A DNA stretch of 60,165 nucleotides from positions 1-60,165 of IMG/VR virus record IMGVR_UViG_3300018405_000021. One strand, 5' to 3'. Positions 43,892 to 53,711 of the stretch are shown here, in pieces. Position 1 is the first letter of the stretch. Every line of letters begins with the position of its first letter. The translations under genes were made by a program, and so were the position numbers. This DNA comes from a virus. Taxonomy: Duplodnaviria; Caudoviricetes. The notes under the pieces are model-generated. The model saw nothing but the letters and a program-made list of their open reading frames with translations, did not search any database and had not been told where the DNA came from.

Positions 43892-44413
43892 ATGGCTATT
43901 CTTGATGACGCATATGCGTTGATTTCGTTTTCAACGCGGGCGATTGCCTTCCTTGTCCCGAATGCCGTCATTGAGGAAACCAGTCGCGACCAACTCGTGA
44001 TCACCAGCCATCCCGTCGAAAGCGGGGCGGCTATATCCGACCATGCGTTCAAAATGCCTGCGCAAGTGGAAATGCGATGCGCGTGGTCGGATAGTTCCGG
44101 TGGCTATGCCGGGTATTCGAAGCAGATGTATCTGGCGCTCCAAGTCCTGCAAGACATCCGCGTTCCGTTCACGGTGTTCACCGGCAAGCGGGCGTACACA
44201 AATATGCTTGTCTCCTCAATCGAGGTGACTACGAATGAGCAGACGGAATATTCGCTGTTCGCGACTATCGGCCTTCAAGAGGTCATCATAGCGAACACGA
44301 CGACAACGAGCGCCCCGAATTCGGCAATGGCGTCTGCACCCAAAACAGCAAGCGTAGCGGAGAGCGGCACGAAGCAGGTGGCGGAAACAACGCCATTCGT
44401 CGGCCCTCGATAA
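43892..44413 (+). CDS. Dit-like/tube initiator protein
   Basis: ITSHPVESGAAISDHAF...TGKRAYTNML. Confidence 0.75.
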   Translation: MAILDDAYALISFSTRAIAFLVPNAVIEETSRDQLVITSHPVESGAAISDHAFKMPAQVEMRCAWSDSSGGYAGYSKQMYLALQVLQDIRVPFTVFTGKRAYTNMLVSSIEVTTNEQTEYSLFATIGLQEVIIANTTTTSAPNSAMASAPKTASVAESGTKQVAETTPFVGPR

Positions 44414-44530
44414 TCACGGCATACGGACCATGACGATAAGGACGGCGACAAGGATCGCCCATCCTAGCACCCTGAATAGGCCGGGGAACGCGAGAAGCAG
44501 GACGATAAGGACTAGAAGCGCGATAATCAT
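44414..44530 (-). CDS. Antisense small membrane protein (38 aa), moron-like
   Basis: GGGAG RBS; MIIALLVLIVLLLAFPGLFRVLGWAILVAVLIVMVRMP. Confidence 0.6.
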   Translation of the reverse strand: MIIALLVLIVLLLAFPGLFRVLGWAILVAVLIVMVRMP

Positions 44531-44606
44531 GATTTCTCCCTTTGACGGCGGGGCATCCCGCCTCACGCGCGAGTGAACCATAAATTTCAGGGAAGGCCAG
44601 CGAAAA

Positions 44607-44921
44607 ATGGCGACGACATACGAAATTCCTTTATCGCCATCGCCGCAACGCTTCTCTATCCAGCTTTCAGGCGTCACCTACTTTCTGACACTGACGTACC
44701 GTGATGCGATCATGGGCGGGTGGATAATCGACATAGCAGACGTTGACGAGGTGCCAATTGCCAGCGGCATTCCTCTCACGACTAGCCGCGATCTTCTGGA
44801 GCCGTTCGGCTATCTCGGAATAGGTGGGGAGTTGTGGGTCGCAACGGATGCGGATCAGTACGCAACGCCTACATTCGACAATCTAGGTGAAGCCTCTCAT
44901 CTTTATTTCGTGGTGCCGTAA
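44607..44921 (+). CDS. Baseplate protein
   Basis: EIPLSPSPQRFSIQLSG...GWIIDI...GIPL...PTFDNLG. Confidence 0.75.
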   Translation: MATTYEIPLSPSPQRFSIQLSGVTYFLTLTYRDAIMGGWIIDIADVDEVPIASGIPLTTSRDLLEPFGYLGIGGELWVATDADQYATPTFDNLGEASHLYFVVP

Positions 44922-45859
44922 TGACGCAGCAATGGCTAAGGCAATGTAAACTGACGGTAGACGGCGGCGGTAGCGCCATCGATATGTCAGAGTTGCGCAT
45001 CCGGTTCAACGTGACGCAGCAGAATTTACAGTCGCCAGCAGCGGCAGACATAACCGTCACGAACCTTTCCCGCGAGACAGCGAACCGGGCGAAAAAAGAA
45101 GGGCTTAACGTCACTCTTGAGGCCGGTTATCAGTCCAATTCTGCCGTGATCTTTAAGGGGCAAGTGATCCAGGCCAGATATGGCCGGGAAACGCCGGTTG
45201 ACACCTACTTCAACATTATCGCGCAAGGCGGCGATCAGGCATACAATTTCGGCATGGTCAACAAGACGCTGGCGGCTGGGCATACCTACCGCGATCAAGT
45301 TGACGCGGTGTTTGAGGGACTGAAAAAGCACGGCATCACGTTGGGCAAGATTGCCGATCTGGGCACGAAGCAAATGCCACGCGCGCGAGTGATGTATGGC
45401 ATGGCCCGCGACGTTCTGCGCGTAATCTGCATGTCAACGAATACCAGTTGGTCAATTCACAACAATGAACTGACGATCACGAAGGACGATGAGCCGAATG
45501 AAGGCGGGGCGATTGTTCTCAATTCCCGTACCGGCCTTATCGGTTTCCCGACGCAAACGATTGACGGCATTCAGGCGCGTTGTCTGCTGAACCCGAAAAT
45601 CAGGCCGGGGACGTTGGTTCAAATCGATCAGGCCAGCGTTCAAGAGGTGAAGTTCTCGCCGGCTTACACGGCGGAGGTCAACAACGCCATGGCTCCCGGC
45701 ATCGCAGATGATGGCTTCTACAAAGTCCTCGTCGCGGAGCATGAGGGCGATACGCGGGACATACCTTGGTACACAAATATCATTTGCACCCGTGCTGACG
45801 GCAAAGGGCCGATACCTATCGGCTTGGCTGGCAAGGGCATCAACGTGGAGCCGCAATAA
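44921..45859 (+). CDS. Baseplate hub protein
   Basis: LRIRF...TNLS...LEAGY...IFKG...TGLIGFP...CLLNPKI. Confidence 0.8.
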   Translation: MTQQWLRQCKLTVDGGGSAIDMSELRIRFNVTQQNLQSPAAADITVTNLSRETANRAKKEGLNVTLEAGYQSNSAVIFKGQVIQARYGRETPVDTYFNIIAQGGDQAYNFGMVNKTLAAGHTYRDQVDAVFEGLKKHGITLGKIADLGTKQMPRARVMYGMARDVLRVICMSTNTSWSIHNNELTITKDDEPNEGGAIVLNSRTGLIGFPTQTIDGIQARCLLNPKIRPGTLVQIDQASVQEVKFSPAYTAEVNNAMAPGIADDGFYKVLVAEHEGDTRDIPWYTNIICTRADGKGPIPIGLAGKGINVEPQ

Positions 45860-46500
45860 TGGATTATCGGCAGAGGACCGGCGATCAAGAGGAATATCTG
45901 CGGTCCATGATGGACAGCATGAGGTCATCCATGTGGACGGCGCTTCCGTGCGTTGTCACGAAGGTAAGCGGCTCTCACGCTGATTTGCAGCCATCTGTTA
46001 AGTCTCAGGAGCGCCAGCCGGACGGCACAGTAAAGGCCGTCGATCTTCCGCTGTTGAGCAATGTCCCTCTGCATTTCCCGTCCGGCGGCGGTGCAACGAT
46101 GACGTTCCCCGTCGCCGCTGGCGATGAAGCGCTTGTGGTGTTTTCGTCTCGGCCTATCGATGCATGGGAACAATCCGGGGGCGTACAAAGTCAGATTGAC
46201 GCGAGAACACACGATCTCTCTGACGGGTTCGCTTTCGTCGGGTTCAAGGCGCAGCCTTCCGCGCTGGATAACATTTCGTCAACATCGACGCAAATCAGGT
46301 CCAATGACGGGACGATGGTCATAGACTTCAACCCCGGCTCCGGCATGACATTTACCGCCGCTGGCGTAAGCATGGCGATCACAGACGGTGGCGTGGCAAT
46401 CACGGGCGGGACGGTGACGCACAACGGTGTCAACATCGGAAGCGATCACGTCCACGGCGGCGTTATCCCCGGTGGGGCGGATACAGCGGGGCCACACTGA
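45859..46500 (+). CDS. Baseplate spike (Gp138/gpV-like)
   Basis: LPLLSNVP...GDEALVVFSSR...RTHDLSDG; C-terminal HVHGGV. Confidence 0.85.
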   Translation: MDYRQRTGDQEEYLRSMMDSMRSSMWTALPCVVTKVSGSHADLQPSVKSQERQPDGTVKAVDLPLLSNVPLHFPSGGGATMTFPVAAGDEALVVFSSRPIDAWEQSGGVQSQIDARTHDLSDGFAFVGFKAQPSALDNISSTSTQIRSNDGTMVIDFNPGSGMTFTAAGVSMAITDGGVAITGGTVTHNGVNIGSDHVHGGVIPGGADTAGPH

Positions 46501-46853
46501 TGCGGTACCGTAAGCTTTCCTCGACGGGCGACTATACGTTCGGCCACGGTCAAGCCGATTTCTGGCGCGACGTACCGGACGCGGTGGCGCAATCGGTGCA
46601 GACCCGCCTTCGGCTGCAAACCGGGACATGGTTCCTTGATCTAAACGAGGGGATCGACTGGCGCACTAAGGTTCTGGGGAAGTACACCGCTGACGTTCGC
46701 GACACCACGATCCGCTCCCGCATTCTCGGCACAACCGGGGTGACGGAAATCACGGCCTATTCGTCATCCCTGAACCGAGAGACGCGAGGCTTTTCCGTCG
46801 CCACGACTATTTCGACGGTTTACGGCGCGACAACAGTCAATGAGGCTCTGTAA
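46500..46853 (+). CDS. Baseplate wedge/sheath initiator
   Basis: GDYTFG...AVAQSVQTRL...WFLD...GV. Confidence 0.8.
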   Translation: MRYRKLSSTGDYTFGHGQADFWRDVPDAVAQSVQTRLRLQTGTWFLDLNEGIDWRTKVLGKYTADVRDTTIRSRILGTTGVTEITAYSSSLNRETRGFSVATTISTVYGATTVNEAL

Positions 46854-48025
46854 TGGCAACTCCGGTTTGCGTTATCGATGGAAACGGGATCACAGCCCCG
46901 ACCTATGCGGACGTGAAAACGTATTTCGATGACGCATTCAAGGGCATTTACGGGCAAGATATCGTCATCGACCCTGACAGCCAGGATGGGCAGCTAATCG
47001 CGATCTTCTCCGCAGCGGTACATGATGCCAACTCTATGGCCGTCGCAGTCTACAACGCCTTCTCGCCCGTTTATGCGCAAGGTGTGGGCCTGTCTAGCGT
47101 GGTTAAGATCAATGGCATTGCCAGATCAGCCGCTTCGAACTCTGCCGTTGATCTGCGGATCATTGGCGTTGCCGGGACGCAAATCCTGAACGGCAAGGCG
47201 CAAGACAGCGCTGGTTATTATTGGTCGCTCCCTGTCGCGGTACTGATACCGGTCGGCGGCGAAGTGGTCGTAACGGCGACGTGCGACACGATAGGGGCGA
47301 TCACCGCTGCCATCGGCGGCGTCAATATCATCGCCACCCCGACACGCGGATGGCAAAGCGTCACCAATCTTGCGGAGGCAACGGTAGGCGCTGCTGTAGA
47401 GACAGACGCCGCACTTCGCATCCGGCAGAAAACGTCGGTCGCTATCCCGTCGAATTCAATCCTTGAAGGGATTGTAGGAGCGGTGGCCGATCTTCCCGGC
47501 GTCGAGCGATACAGGGCATACGAGAATGATACGGACGCCACCGATGCGAACGGTATTCCTAGCCACTCCATTTCGCTTGTGGTGGACGGCGGCGATGCGC
47601 TTCAAATCGCAACAACTATCGCGGACAAAAAGGGTCCGGGCTGCGGGACATACGGGACAACCTCACAAGTCGTGACTGACAAATACGGCGTCCCCCACAC
47701 AATACGGTTCTACCGGCCTACCGATGTGCCTATCACTGTTGAAATCGACCTGACGCCCCTACCCGGGTACACGACATCTATCCGGGACGAAATCGTCGCG
47801 GCAGTCGTGAGCTACATAAATGGCATGGGGATCGGGAATAAGCTGTACTTCACTCGGCTATATGTCCCGGCGAACTTGTCGAACTCATCCAGTGGGGCGA
47901 CCTTCGATCTTAACTCGGTAAAGGTGTCCCGCAACGGCGATCCTCTCGCGCTGGCCGACATCCCGATAGCGTTTAATGAGGCTGCGTCAACAAACGAAAC
48001 TCTGGTAACAATCGTGGTGAGTTAA
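46853..48025 (+). CDS. Baseplate J-like protein
   Basis: DSQDGQ...ETDAALR...YENDT...PSHSISLVVDGG. Confidence 0.88.
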   Translation: MATPVCVIDGNGITAPTYADVKTYFDDAFKGIYGQDIVIDPDSQDGQLIAIFSAAVHDANSMAVAVYNAFSPVYAQGVGLSSVVKINGIARSAASNSAVDLRIIGVAGTQILNGKAQDSAGYYWSLPVAVLIPVGGEVVVTATCDTIGAITAAIGGVNIIATPTRGWQSVTNLAEATVGAAVETDAALRIRQKTSVAIPSNSILEGIVGAVADLPGVERYRAYENDTDATDANGIPSHSISLVVDGGDALQIATTIADKKGPGCGTYGTTSQVVTDKYGVPHTIRFYRPTDVPITVEIDLTPLPGYTTSIRDEIVAAVVSYINGMGIGNKLYFTRLYVPANLSNSSSGATFDLNSVKVSRNGDPLALADIPIAFNEAASTNETLVTIVVS

Positions 48026-48793
48026 ATGGTGGAAGTCGCATCGGCCCCGGCCACGGTTGATGAATATCTTGGCCTCATCCCGCCATTTAACGCCACATTG
48101 CCTAAGTTTACGGCCACGATTGGCAAGTTGGTTGAGCCATTTGCCATCCTTCAAGGCGTGATTGGAAACTTTCCTGCCGATTATGACGTTGATACGGCTG
48201 TTGGGGCGCAACTTGATGTGGTCGGGATATGGGTAGGGTGGCCGCGCTACCTGCCTAAGCCGATTGAAGGTCTTTATTTCTCGCTCGACGTGCCGGAACT
48301 CGGGTTCGATAAAGGCATATGGAAAGGCCCGTTTGACCCCGACAACGGCATTGTTCGGCTTGATGACGACACATACCGCATGTTCATTAAGGCTAAAATC
48401 CTAGCGAATAGCTGGGATGGAACCATGGGGCAGGCGGTCGATATTCTCGACGTGATCACGGTCGGGGAGGCGTCCTCTAACTTCGCCATGTTCGATAATC
48501 AGGACGGGTCGATAACGATTGCCATCACTGGCGATTTCCCATCCACATTGTTCTTGGCGATGATTGACGAAGGGTACTTCCCGCTCAAGCCGTCAGGCTA
48601 TTGGATCAGGTGGGAAATGACTTCCGCTCCCGGAACGCCAATATTCGGGTTTGACATAAGCAATGACGTTATCGGCGGATTTGATGAAGGCTCATGGGGC
48701 ATAACCCCGGAATACTATCTCACATCTTATTCAGGAACCACGCCGGAACCTGAATTCCTGACCGGCCCCCTAATCCATCTACAGGTGATCTAA
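48026..48793 (+). CDS. Baseplate wedge protein (DUF2612-like)
   Basis: DVDTAVGAQLDVVGIWVG...LDDDTYR...KILANSWDG. Confidence 0.85.
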   Translation: MVEVASAPATVDEYLGLIPPFNATLPKFTATIGKLVEPFAILQGVIGNFPADYDVDTAVGAQLDVVGIWVGWPRYLPKPIEGLYFSLDVPELGFDKGIWKGPFDPDNGIVRLDDDTYRMFIKAKILANSWDGTMGQAVDILDVITVGEASSNFAMFDNQDGSITIAITGDFPSTLFLAMIDEGYFPLKPSGYWIRWEMTSAPGTPIFGFDISNDVIGGFDEGSWGITPEYYLTSYSGTTPEPEFLTGPLIHLQVI

Positions 48794-48794
48794 A

Positions 48795-49877
48795 ATGGCA
48801 GACAATGAATTCCTTCCCTTCGGCACGACTGCCGGGGCGAACGTGCTTGCTCAGGCTCTTTACTCCGGCCTGTCGGCGCGCTCGACCGGCTTCATGTCGG
48901 GTGTGGCGTCGTCTGCCCAGCTGAACAAGGTGTGGCGTCAATCGTCCTCTATGGCCGCGATGATCGGTCAGTTTATTGCCGATAACAGCGGCAACGACGC
49001 GGATGATGATGGAGACATCGCAACGCTTCTGTCCAATTTTGAATTGGCGGCTACATCGTTCGTCGGCGGTAACTTCGTCAATAAGGCTGGCGACACGATG
49101 ACGGGGGCACTTGTCCTCCCCGGCGCTCCCGTTGCCGATCTTCAAGCCACGACAAAGAAATATGTTGATGACAACTTCCTGTCGCTTCCGAATGGCGGCA
49201 CGGTCAACGATCAAGTTTACCTGCCAAATTCTCCGACGCAGGACACTTCGGCGGTAAACCGCGCCTACGTTGACCACCCTGGATACGTTGGCATCAGCGG
49301 GACCACTACACTGGTGCAAAGCCAACTTCGCAAGTATGTCGAGTGCACCGGCTCTGGATCATATACGGTCACGCTCCCAGTACCGACATCAGGCGGGGCC
49401 ACGCCCACAACAGGCGGCTATTACCTCATTTACAATGCAGGTTCGAGCGACAAGACCCTTTCGACACCGAGCGGCAATTTCGTCGGACCTAGCGGATCTG
49501 GCGCGTCTACCCTGACGCTCCCGCGCGGGGCCTTCACGTGGGTAATCGCCGGGTTCTCGAATTGGGTTGTCCTCTATCAAACGTATTCCTACTCCCTGAT
49601 TACCGGAGCGACAACGCTGTCAGCTTCGGCGCTGAATGGATACGTCCAGCTTAGCGGCGGCTCAACGTATACCGTCACGCTCCCGGACCCGTCGAACTTC
49701 TCTGGCGCATCGCTGGAAATCTACAATGCTGGGTCTATCGCATACACGCTATCAACGCCGGGCGGCAATTTCGTCGGGCCTAGTGGGTCGGGTGCGTCCA
49801 CGAAATCCATAGCCGCCGGGTCTTATCTTCATTTCCGTGCTGGCTCTGCGAACTGGATCACGGGATCATTCAGTTAA
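48795..49877 (+). CDS. Tail fibre protein with two tandem C-terminal domains
   Basis: NEFLPFG...ANV...ASSAQLNKVWRQ; GDTMTGAL...ATTKKYVD; duplicated YTVTLP...YNAG...TLSTPxGNFVGPSGSGAST. Confidence 0.8.
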   Translation: MADNEFLPFGTTAGANVLAQALYSGLSARSTGFMSGVASSAQLNKVWRQSSSMAAMIGQFIADNSGNDADDDGDIATLLSNFELAATSFVGGNFVNKAGDTMTGALVLPGAPVADLQATTKKYVDDNFLSLPNGGTVNDQVYLPNSPTQDTSAVNRAYVDHPGYVGISGTTTLVQSQLRKYVECTGSGSYTVTLPVPTSGGATPTTGGYYLIYNAGSSDKTLSTPSGNFVGPSGSGASTLTLPRGAFTWVIAGFSNWVVLYQTYSYSLITGATTLSASALNGYVQLSGGSTYTVTLPDPSNFSGASLEIYNAGSIAYTLSTPGGNFVGPSGSGASTKSIAAGSYLHFRAGSANWITGSFS

Positions 49878-49887
49878 GGGAAACGCC

Positions 49888-50277
49888 ATGACAACGACAG
49901 CCGTTATCGTCCAGAATATTCCGTCGTCTACGGTCAATATCGAGGCTGACGTAGGATACAGCGGAGCTGTGCGGCCCGCATCCGCCGCGCACCTAAAGGT
50001 CAGCAATGACGATGTATCCACAAGCAATCCCGTGCCTATGCAGCTTCCGGCGGGTGGCGTAACGGCGTTCTACCTCCGTAGCGCGACGACAGGGACTGTT
50101 GCCAGCGGCGCTTACAATGCGACATTCGCGAATATTGGAGCCGTTGACGCCTCTCTTTTGGGGGGCGCGCTTCCTCCCGGATCAGTCGTTACGATCAGAG
50201 CGCCAGAAGGGAAAACCCTTGGCGACATGACCTATGACGGGACTAGCACCATTCTGCTTATTTCGGGGGTCAGGTAA
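49888..50277 (+). CDS. Hypothetical virion protein
   Basis: VSTSNPVPM; TAATG coupling to the next gene. Confidence 0.6.
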   Translation: MTTTAVIVQNIPSSTVNIEADVGYSGAVRPASAAHLKVSNDDVSTSNPVPMQLPAGGVTAFYLRSATTGTVASGAYNATFANIGAVDASLLGGALPPGSVVTIRAPEGKTLGDMTYDGTSTILLISGVR

Positions 50278-51803
50278 TGGCAGACATTTATATCAAGCCT
50301 ACGCCATCATCGATTGGGGCCGCTACAGCGGCACAGGGGGCTAAGGCGGATAGTGCGCTTCAACCGACGATGATTGGAACGTTTACAGGCGGCGGCTCGT
50401 ATCTATTCACCGACATCAATGAGCGCGAAGTTAACCTTCTGATGTTCGCGCCGTCACTCACGAATGGCGCAAACGTCTCCGTTGCTATGCAGGCGATGAT
50501 GACGGCCGCCGCTTTGACCGGAAAGCCTGCCAGAATTCCCGTTCATCCATTGGGTTTTTCGTGGACCATGACAGCGGGCGTCAATGTTCCCGGCGTGGCG
50601 GTCTTGTGCGATCCGACCGCAAAAATCTTCACGTCAGCCGATATCGATATGTTTGTCGCGACCGGCCATAGCTGCCTGTGGGATGGCGGCGCGATCACGC
50701 ATGATGGAGACGGCCGCTTTTTCGATAGTGGCGCATTCTCGTCTCACAACATTAGACACGCCGGGCTGACGGCCGGAGACACGGGCGCGACAACTGAGCT
50801 TATTCGAATGCTCGGGTCCAACATCTTTGTTGACGATAACGAGTTCACAACGTTCCGCGTGAACGCCTATTGCATCAACGTCAGCAAGCAAAGCGGCACT
50901 ATCAATATCAACTCCCGCATCTCCAATAACTATTTTGGCGGGACCGGAAAGGGATGGCTAATCCAGTCGGAGCACGTCGGGGAGCGGCCGGAAGGTCTGA
51001 CGATCGAAAGCAATAAGTGTATCTTGACTGGTACGACACACGTCGAAATTCAGGAAATCTTGTCCCTGAAGATGATAAACAATATGTTTGATCTGTCTTC
51101 CGGTGCAACGATCCTTCTGAATTCCGAAGGGCTTGGCATCGACAACGTTGAAATTAGCAGCAGCTACATCACGGCGGCGTCAAACCCGACTGGCGTTAGC
51201 GGTGGCGTTGCGATCAAAAGCCAAGGGTCGGTTGCGATCACTGGCCTAAAAATCCTTCACAATGAAATCAGACATTCCGCCTACGGGTGCGCTCTTTCCG
51301 ACAATCTCTCGGAAGTGAAGATCAAGGACAATACCTTCACGAACATCGATCAAGTCGCAATTGGTGGCCCGGCTGACAATTGGGACATGCAGGGCAACAC
51401 GTTCAACACGGTTGGAACAAACGTATCCATAACCGAAGGAGCGGGCGGCGGAAGCATCATCATCAAGGATGAGGTTTACTCATCCTCTGCCGCAGCGACG
51501 TTGACAATCGCGACGGCGGCAAGGTGGTCGATAGGCCAGACGTTCGGGAAAGTCCTGAAGTCCAGGCGCTCGAATTCCACAGCCGCAAGCCCCGAATCAG
51601 GCGTATACCTAGACGTTGCACACGGGCTTGCGGCCGCGCCAAGGCGAGAGACGATCTCTGTCGAAGCGTCGTTTTCGTCTGGCGCCTATACGAACATCAT
51701 CGCCAACATTGCGGCTATCGATGAAACCAACGTGACAGTTCAATTGTTCTTCACGACTGTCATAAATGGCGTAATCATGGTTGTTGTAGATTGCTCAATC
51801 TAG
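50277..51803 (+). CDS. Tailspike-like parallel beta-helix protein (possible depolymerase)
   Basis: ATAAQGAKADSALQP anchor; repeated IxxN motifs (ISNNYF, IESNKC, INNMF, IKDNTF). Confidence 0.7.
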   Translation: MADIYIKPTPSSIGAATAAQGAKADSALQPTMIGTFTGGGSYLFTDINEREVNLLMFAPSLTNGANVSVAMQAMMTAAALTGKPARIPVHPLGFSWTMTAGVNVPGVAVLCDPTAKIFTSADIDMFVATGHSCLWDGGAITHDGDGRFFDSGAFSSHNIRHAGLTAGDTGATTELIRMLGSNIFVDDNEFTTFRVNAYCINVSKQSGTININSRISNNYFGGTGKGWLIQSEHVGERPEGLTIESNKCILTGTTHVEIQEILSLKMINNMFDLSSGATILLNSEGLGIDNVEISSSYITAASNPTGVSGGVAIKSQGSVAITGLKILHNEIRHSAYGCALSDNLSEVKIKDNTFTNIDQVAIGGPADNWDMQGNTFNTVGTNVSITEGAGGGSIIIKDEVYSSSAAATLTIATAARWSIGQTFGKVLKSRRSNSTAASPESGVYLDVAHGLAAAPRRETISVEASFSSGAYTNIIANIAAIDETNVTVQLFFTTVINGVIMVVVDCSI

Positions 51804-52018
51804 CCAGAGGCGTCATTGCCAACAATGTCGGAACGGGCTTCTCGTCCGGCATCGTTGCCAACCCCGGTCATGCAGGCGTGTCCAACAACATTGCTTACTG
51901 ACTGACTGTGCGCATATGAAGATCGCAGTGATGCGGATCCGTAAAGCGCGCACCTCCCATTTGACCGCGTAATCTTCGCCTTACCATGGCTCCAGTCTCA
52001 AAAGCTGGAACCTTTTTC

Positions 52019-52213
52019 ATGGCCAAGAAACTGCCCATTGCCGTGCCCGCGCCGGCGCGCCTCATTTTGGATTTCATCGGTACGGCGGAAGCGCCCAACG
52101 GTTATGTGACGATTTTCGGCAATCGGCAGAAGGCGCTGAAAAATCCGCTGACGACGATGACAATCGGGGAGAGATCGATGCGCAAGTTTCTGCTTCTGCC
52201 GCCGCTTTCCTGA
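52019..52213 (+). pseudogene. Truncated N-terminus of a former endolysin
   Basis: ARLILDFIGTAEAPNGYVTIFGNRQKALKNPLTTMTIGE, then loss of similarity and a stop. Confidence 0.6.
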
Positions 52214-52462
52214 ACACGCTTGTGATTGAGGCTCTGAACTAAGAGGCATACGTCATGAAAGAAAACTTAGAGAAAACGGCAGGCACAGTTAGCTCCCCGC
52301 CGGTCCAAAAGCCAATGAGTTCGGCTGAGGCTATCGCGATGATCAACGAAGAGAGAGAGAAGTCTCAGATTAGCTTTCGGAGCGTCTATAAACCTTGAAT
52401 ACGTCAGGTGGCGTTGGGCGCTCCGCATGGCTGCAATTTTATCGTAACAATAGGAGTTTCCC

Positions 52463-52678
52463 ATGCTTGTTTCGAACTGGCGTGACGTGGTGCGCAAAGC
52501 GTGGTCCGTCCGTCTTCTTTTGATCGCCGGAATTATGTCAGGGCTTGAGGTTTTCCTCCCCCTGATCGATGGCCTGTACGAAATACCGCGTGGCGTTTTC
52601 GCCGCGCTATCTGGCGTCACGGTTGCGGGCGCGTTTGTGGCGCGTATCGTCGCGCAGAAAGGACTTTCCGATGAGTAG
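52463..52678 (+). CDS. Holin-like membrane protein
   Basis: AGGAG RBS; NWRDVVRKAWSVRL, two hydrophobic segments, ARIVAQ; overlaps the lysozyme start. Confidence 0.7.
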   Translation: MLVSNWRDVVRKAWSVRLLLIAGIMSGLEVFLPLIDGLYEIPRGVFAALSGVTVAGAFVARIVAQKGLSDE

Positions 52679-53135
52679 GCTGAAAAAGGGCGCGGCGGTC
52701 ACTGGGATTGCCGTAACGCTCATTGGCGGCTTCGAAGGCCTGCGAACGGTGGCTTATCCCGATCCGGCGACAAAAGGCCCGCCCTGGACCGTGTGCTACG
52801 GCGAAACTGATGGCGTCAAGCCGGGGGACCGCTATACCGTCGAGCAGTGCAAGGACATGCTCCAGAACTCGCTCCAGAAGTACGCGAAGGGCGTCGAGCG
52901 TTGCGTTATCGCCCCGTTGCCTGACAAGCGCTACGTGGCGCTCGTGTCGTTTGCCTACAATGTCGGGGTTGGCGCGGCCTGTAAGTCAAGCGTGGTGACG
53001 AACATCAATGCCGGTCGGACGCGTGAAGGCTGTGACGCGCTCCTGAAATGGGATAAGGCCGCTGGTGTCCGGTTCCCAGGTCTAACGAAGAGAAGGGTTA
53101 AGGAGCGTGAGTTTTGCCTCGACGGCTTAAGGTAG
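52671..53135 (+). CDS. GH24 lysozyme endolysin (possible SAR anchor)
   Basis: FEGLRTVAYPD...WTVCYGET, ALVSFAYNVG, PGLTKRR. Confidence 0.93.
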   Translation: MSRLKKGAAVTGIAVTLIGGFEGLRTVAYPDPATKGPPWTVCYGETDGVKPGDRYTVEQCKDMLQNSLQKYAKGVERCVIAPLPDKRYVALVSFAYNVGVGAACKSSVVTNINAGRTREGCDALLKWDKAAGVRFPGLTKRRVKEREFCLDGLR

Positions 53136-53679
53136 GAGCATCGGCCCATCTCGCCTCTGGCCACCCGCTTTTCACGCGAAACTTGAGTGTGGCCCAATGA
53201 AGCCCAAGCTTTCTGGCCAAACCACTAAGGTGATAATCATCTCCTTGGTAGGAAACGACAACGTTATTTTTGAGGTGAGACGATTGCTGTAAAGGCGTTG
53301 CCCAAACGCAATTATCTTTTGAATAGCCGCGCTTGCCATCGGTCCTGTCTAGCGTCGTTCCTTCCGGTCTTTCACCCATGTCGGATAAAAAATTTTCGAA
53401 AGAATACCATTCGTCACAGACTGTAACCCCAGCCGCTCCATAGCGAGAATATTTCGGAGCAATCGGGTTGGTGCACCTCTGCAGCATCGTGGCCCACGAA
53501 TTGTATGTCTTACTTTGTCCCGTCTTCGTAGTGTGTCCGTGCTTCTTACTCGTTGTCTTTGCGTTGCAAGACCGAGAGCAAAACCGCCCTCTACCGCGGG
53601 CTATTTGCGGCTCTGTCGCCTTAAAATGATGGCCGCATGTTGGGCAGATTACGTCAATTCGTGGGATTCTAGCCGTCAT
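53098..53679 (-). CDS. HNH homing endonuclease, antisense, within the lysis cassette
   Basis: CPTCG...FCSRSC, YNSWATMLQRC...YGAAGVTVCDEW...FLSDMGERP...TLDR...GYSKDNCVWAT. Confidence 0.9.
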   Translation of the reverse strand: MTARIPRIDVICPTCGHHFKATEPQIARGRGRFCSRSCNAKTTSKKHGHTTKTGQSKTYNSWATMLQRCTNPIAPKYSRYGAAGVTVCDEWYSFENFLSDMGERPEGTTLDRTDGKRGYSKDNCVWATPLQQSSHLKNNVVVSYQGDDYHLSGLARKLGLHWATLKFRVKSGWPEARWADAPTLSRRGKTHAP

Positions 53680-53711
53680 CAATCGCTCCAATCTTTACAG
53701 GAGTTTATATC

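Noticed and set aside
49280-49877. Diversity-generating retroelement TR/VR pair
   Set aside because: Both copies are coding, differences are not adenine-specific, and no reverse transcriptase is present.
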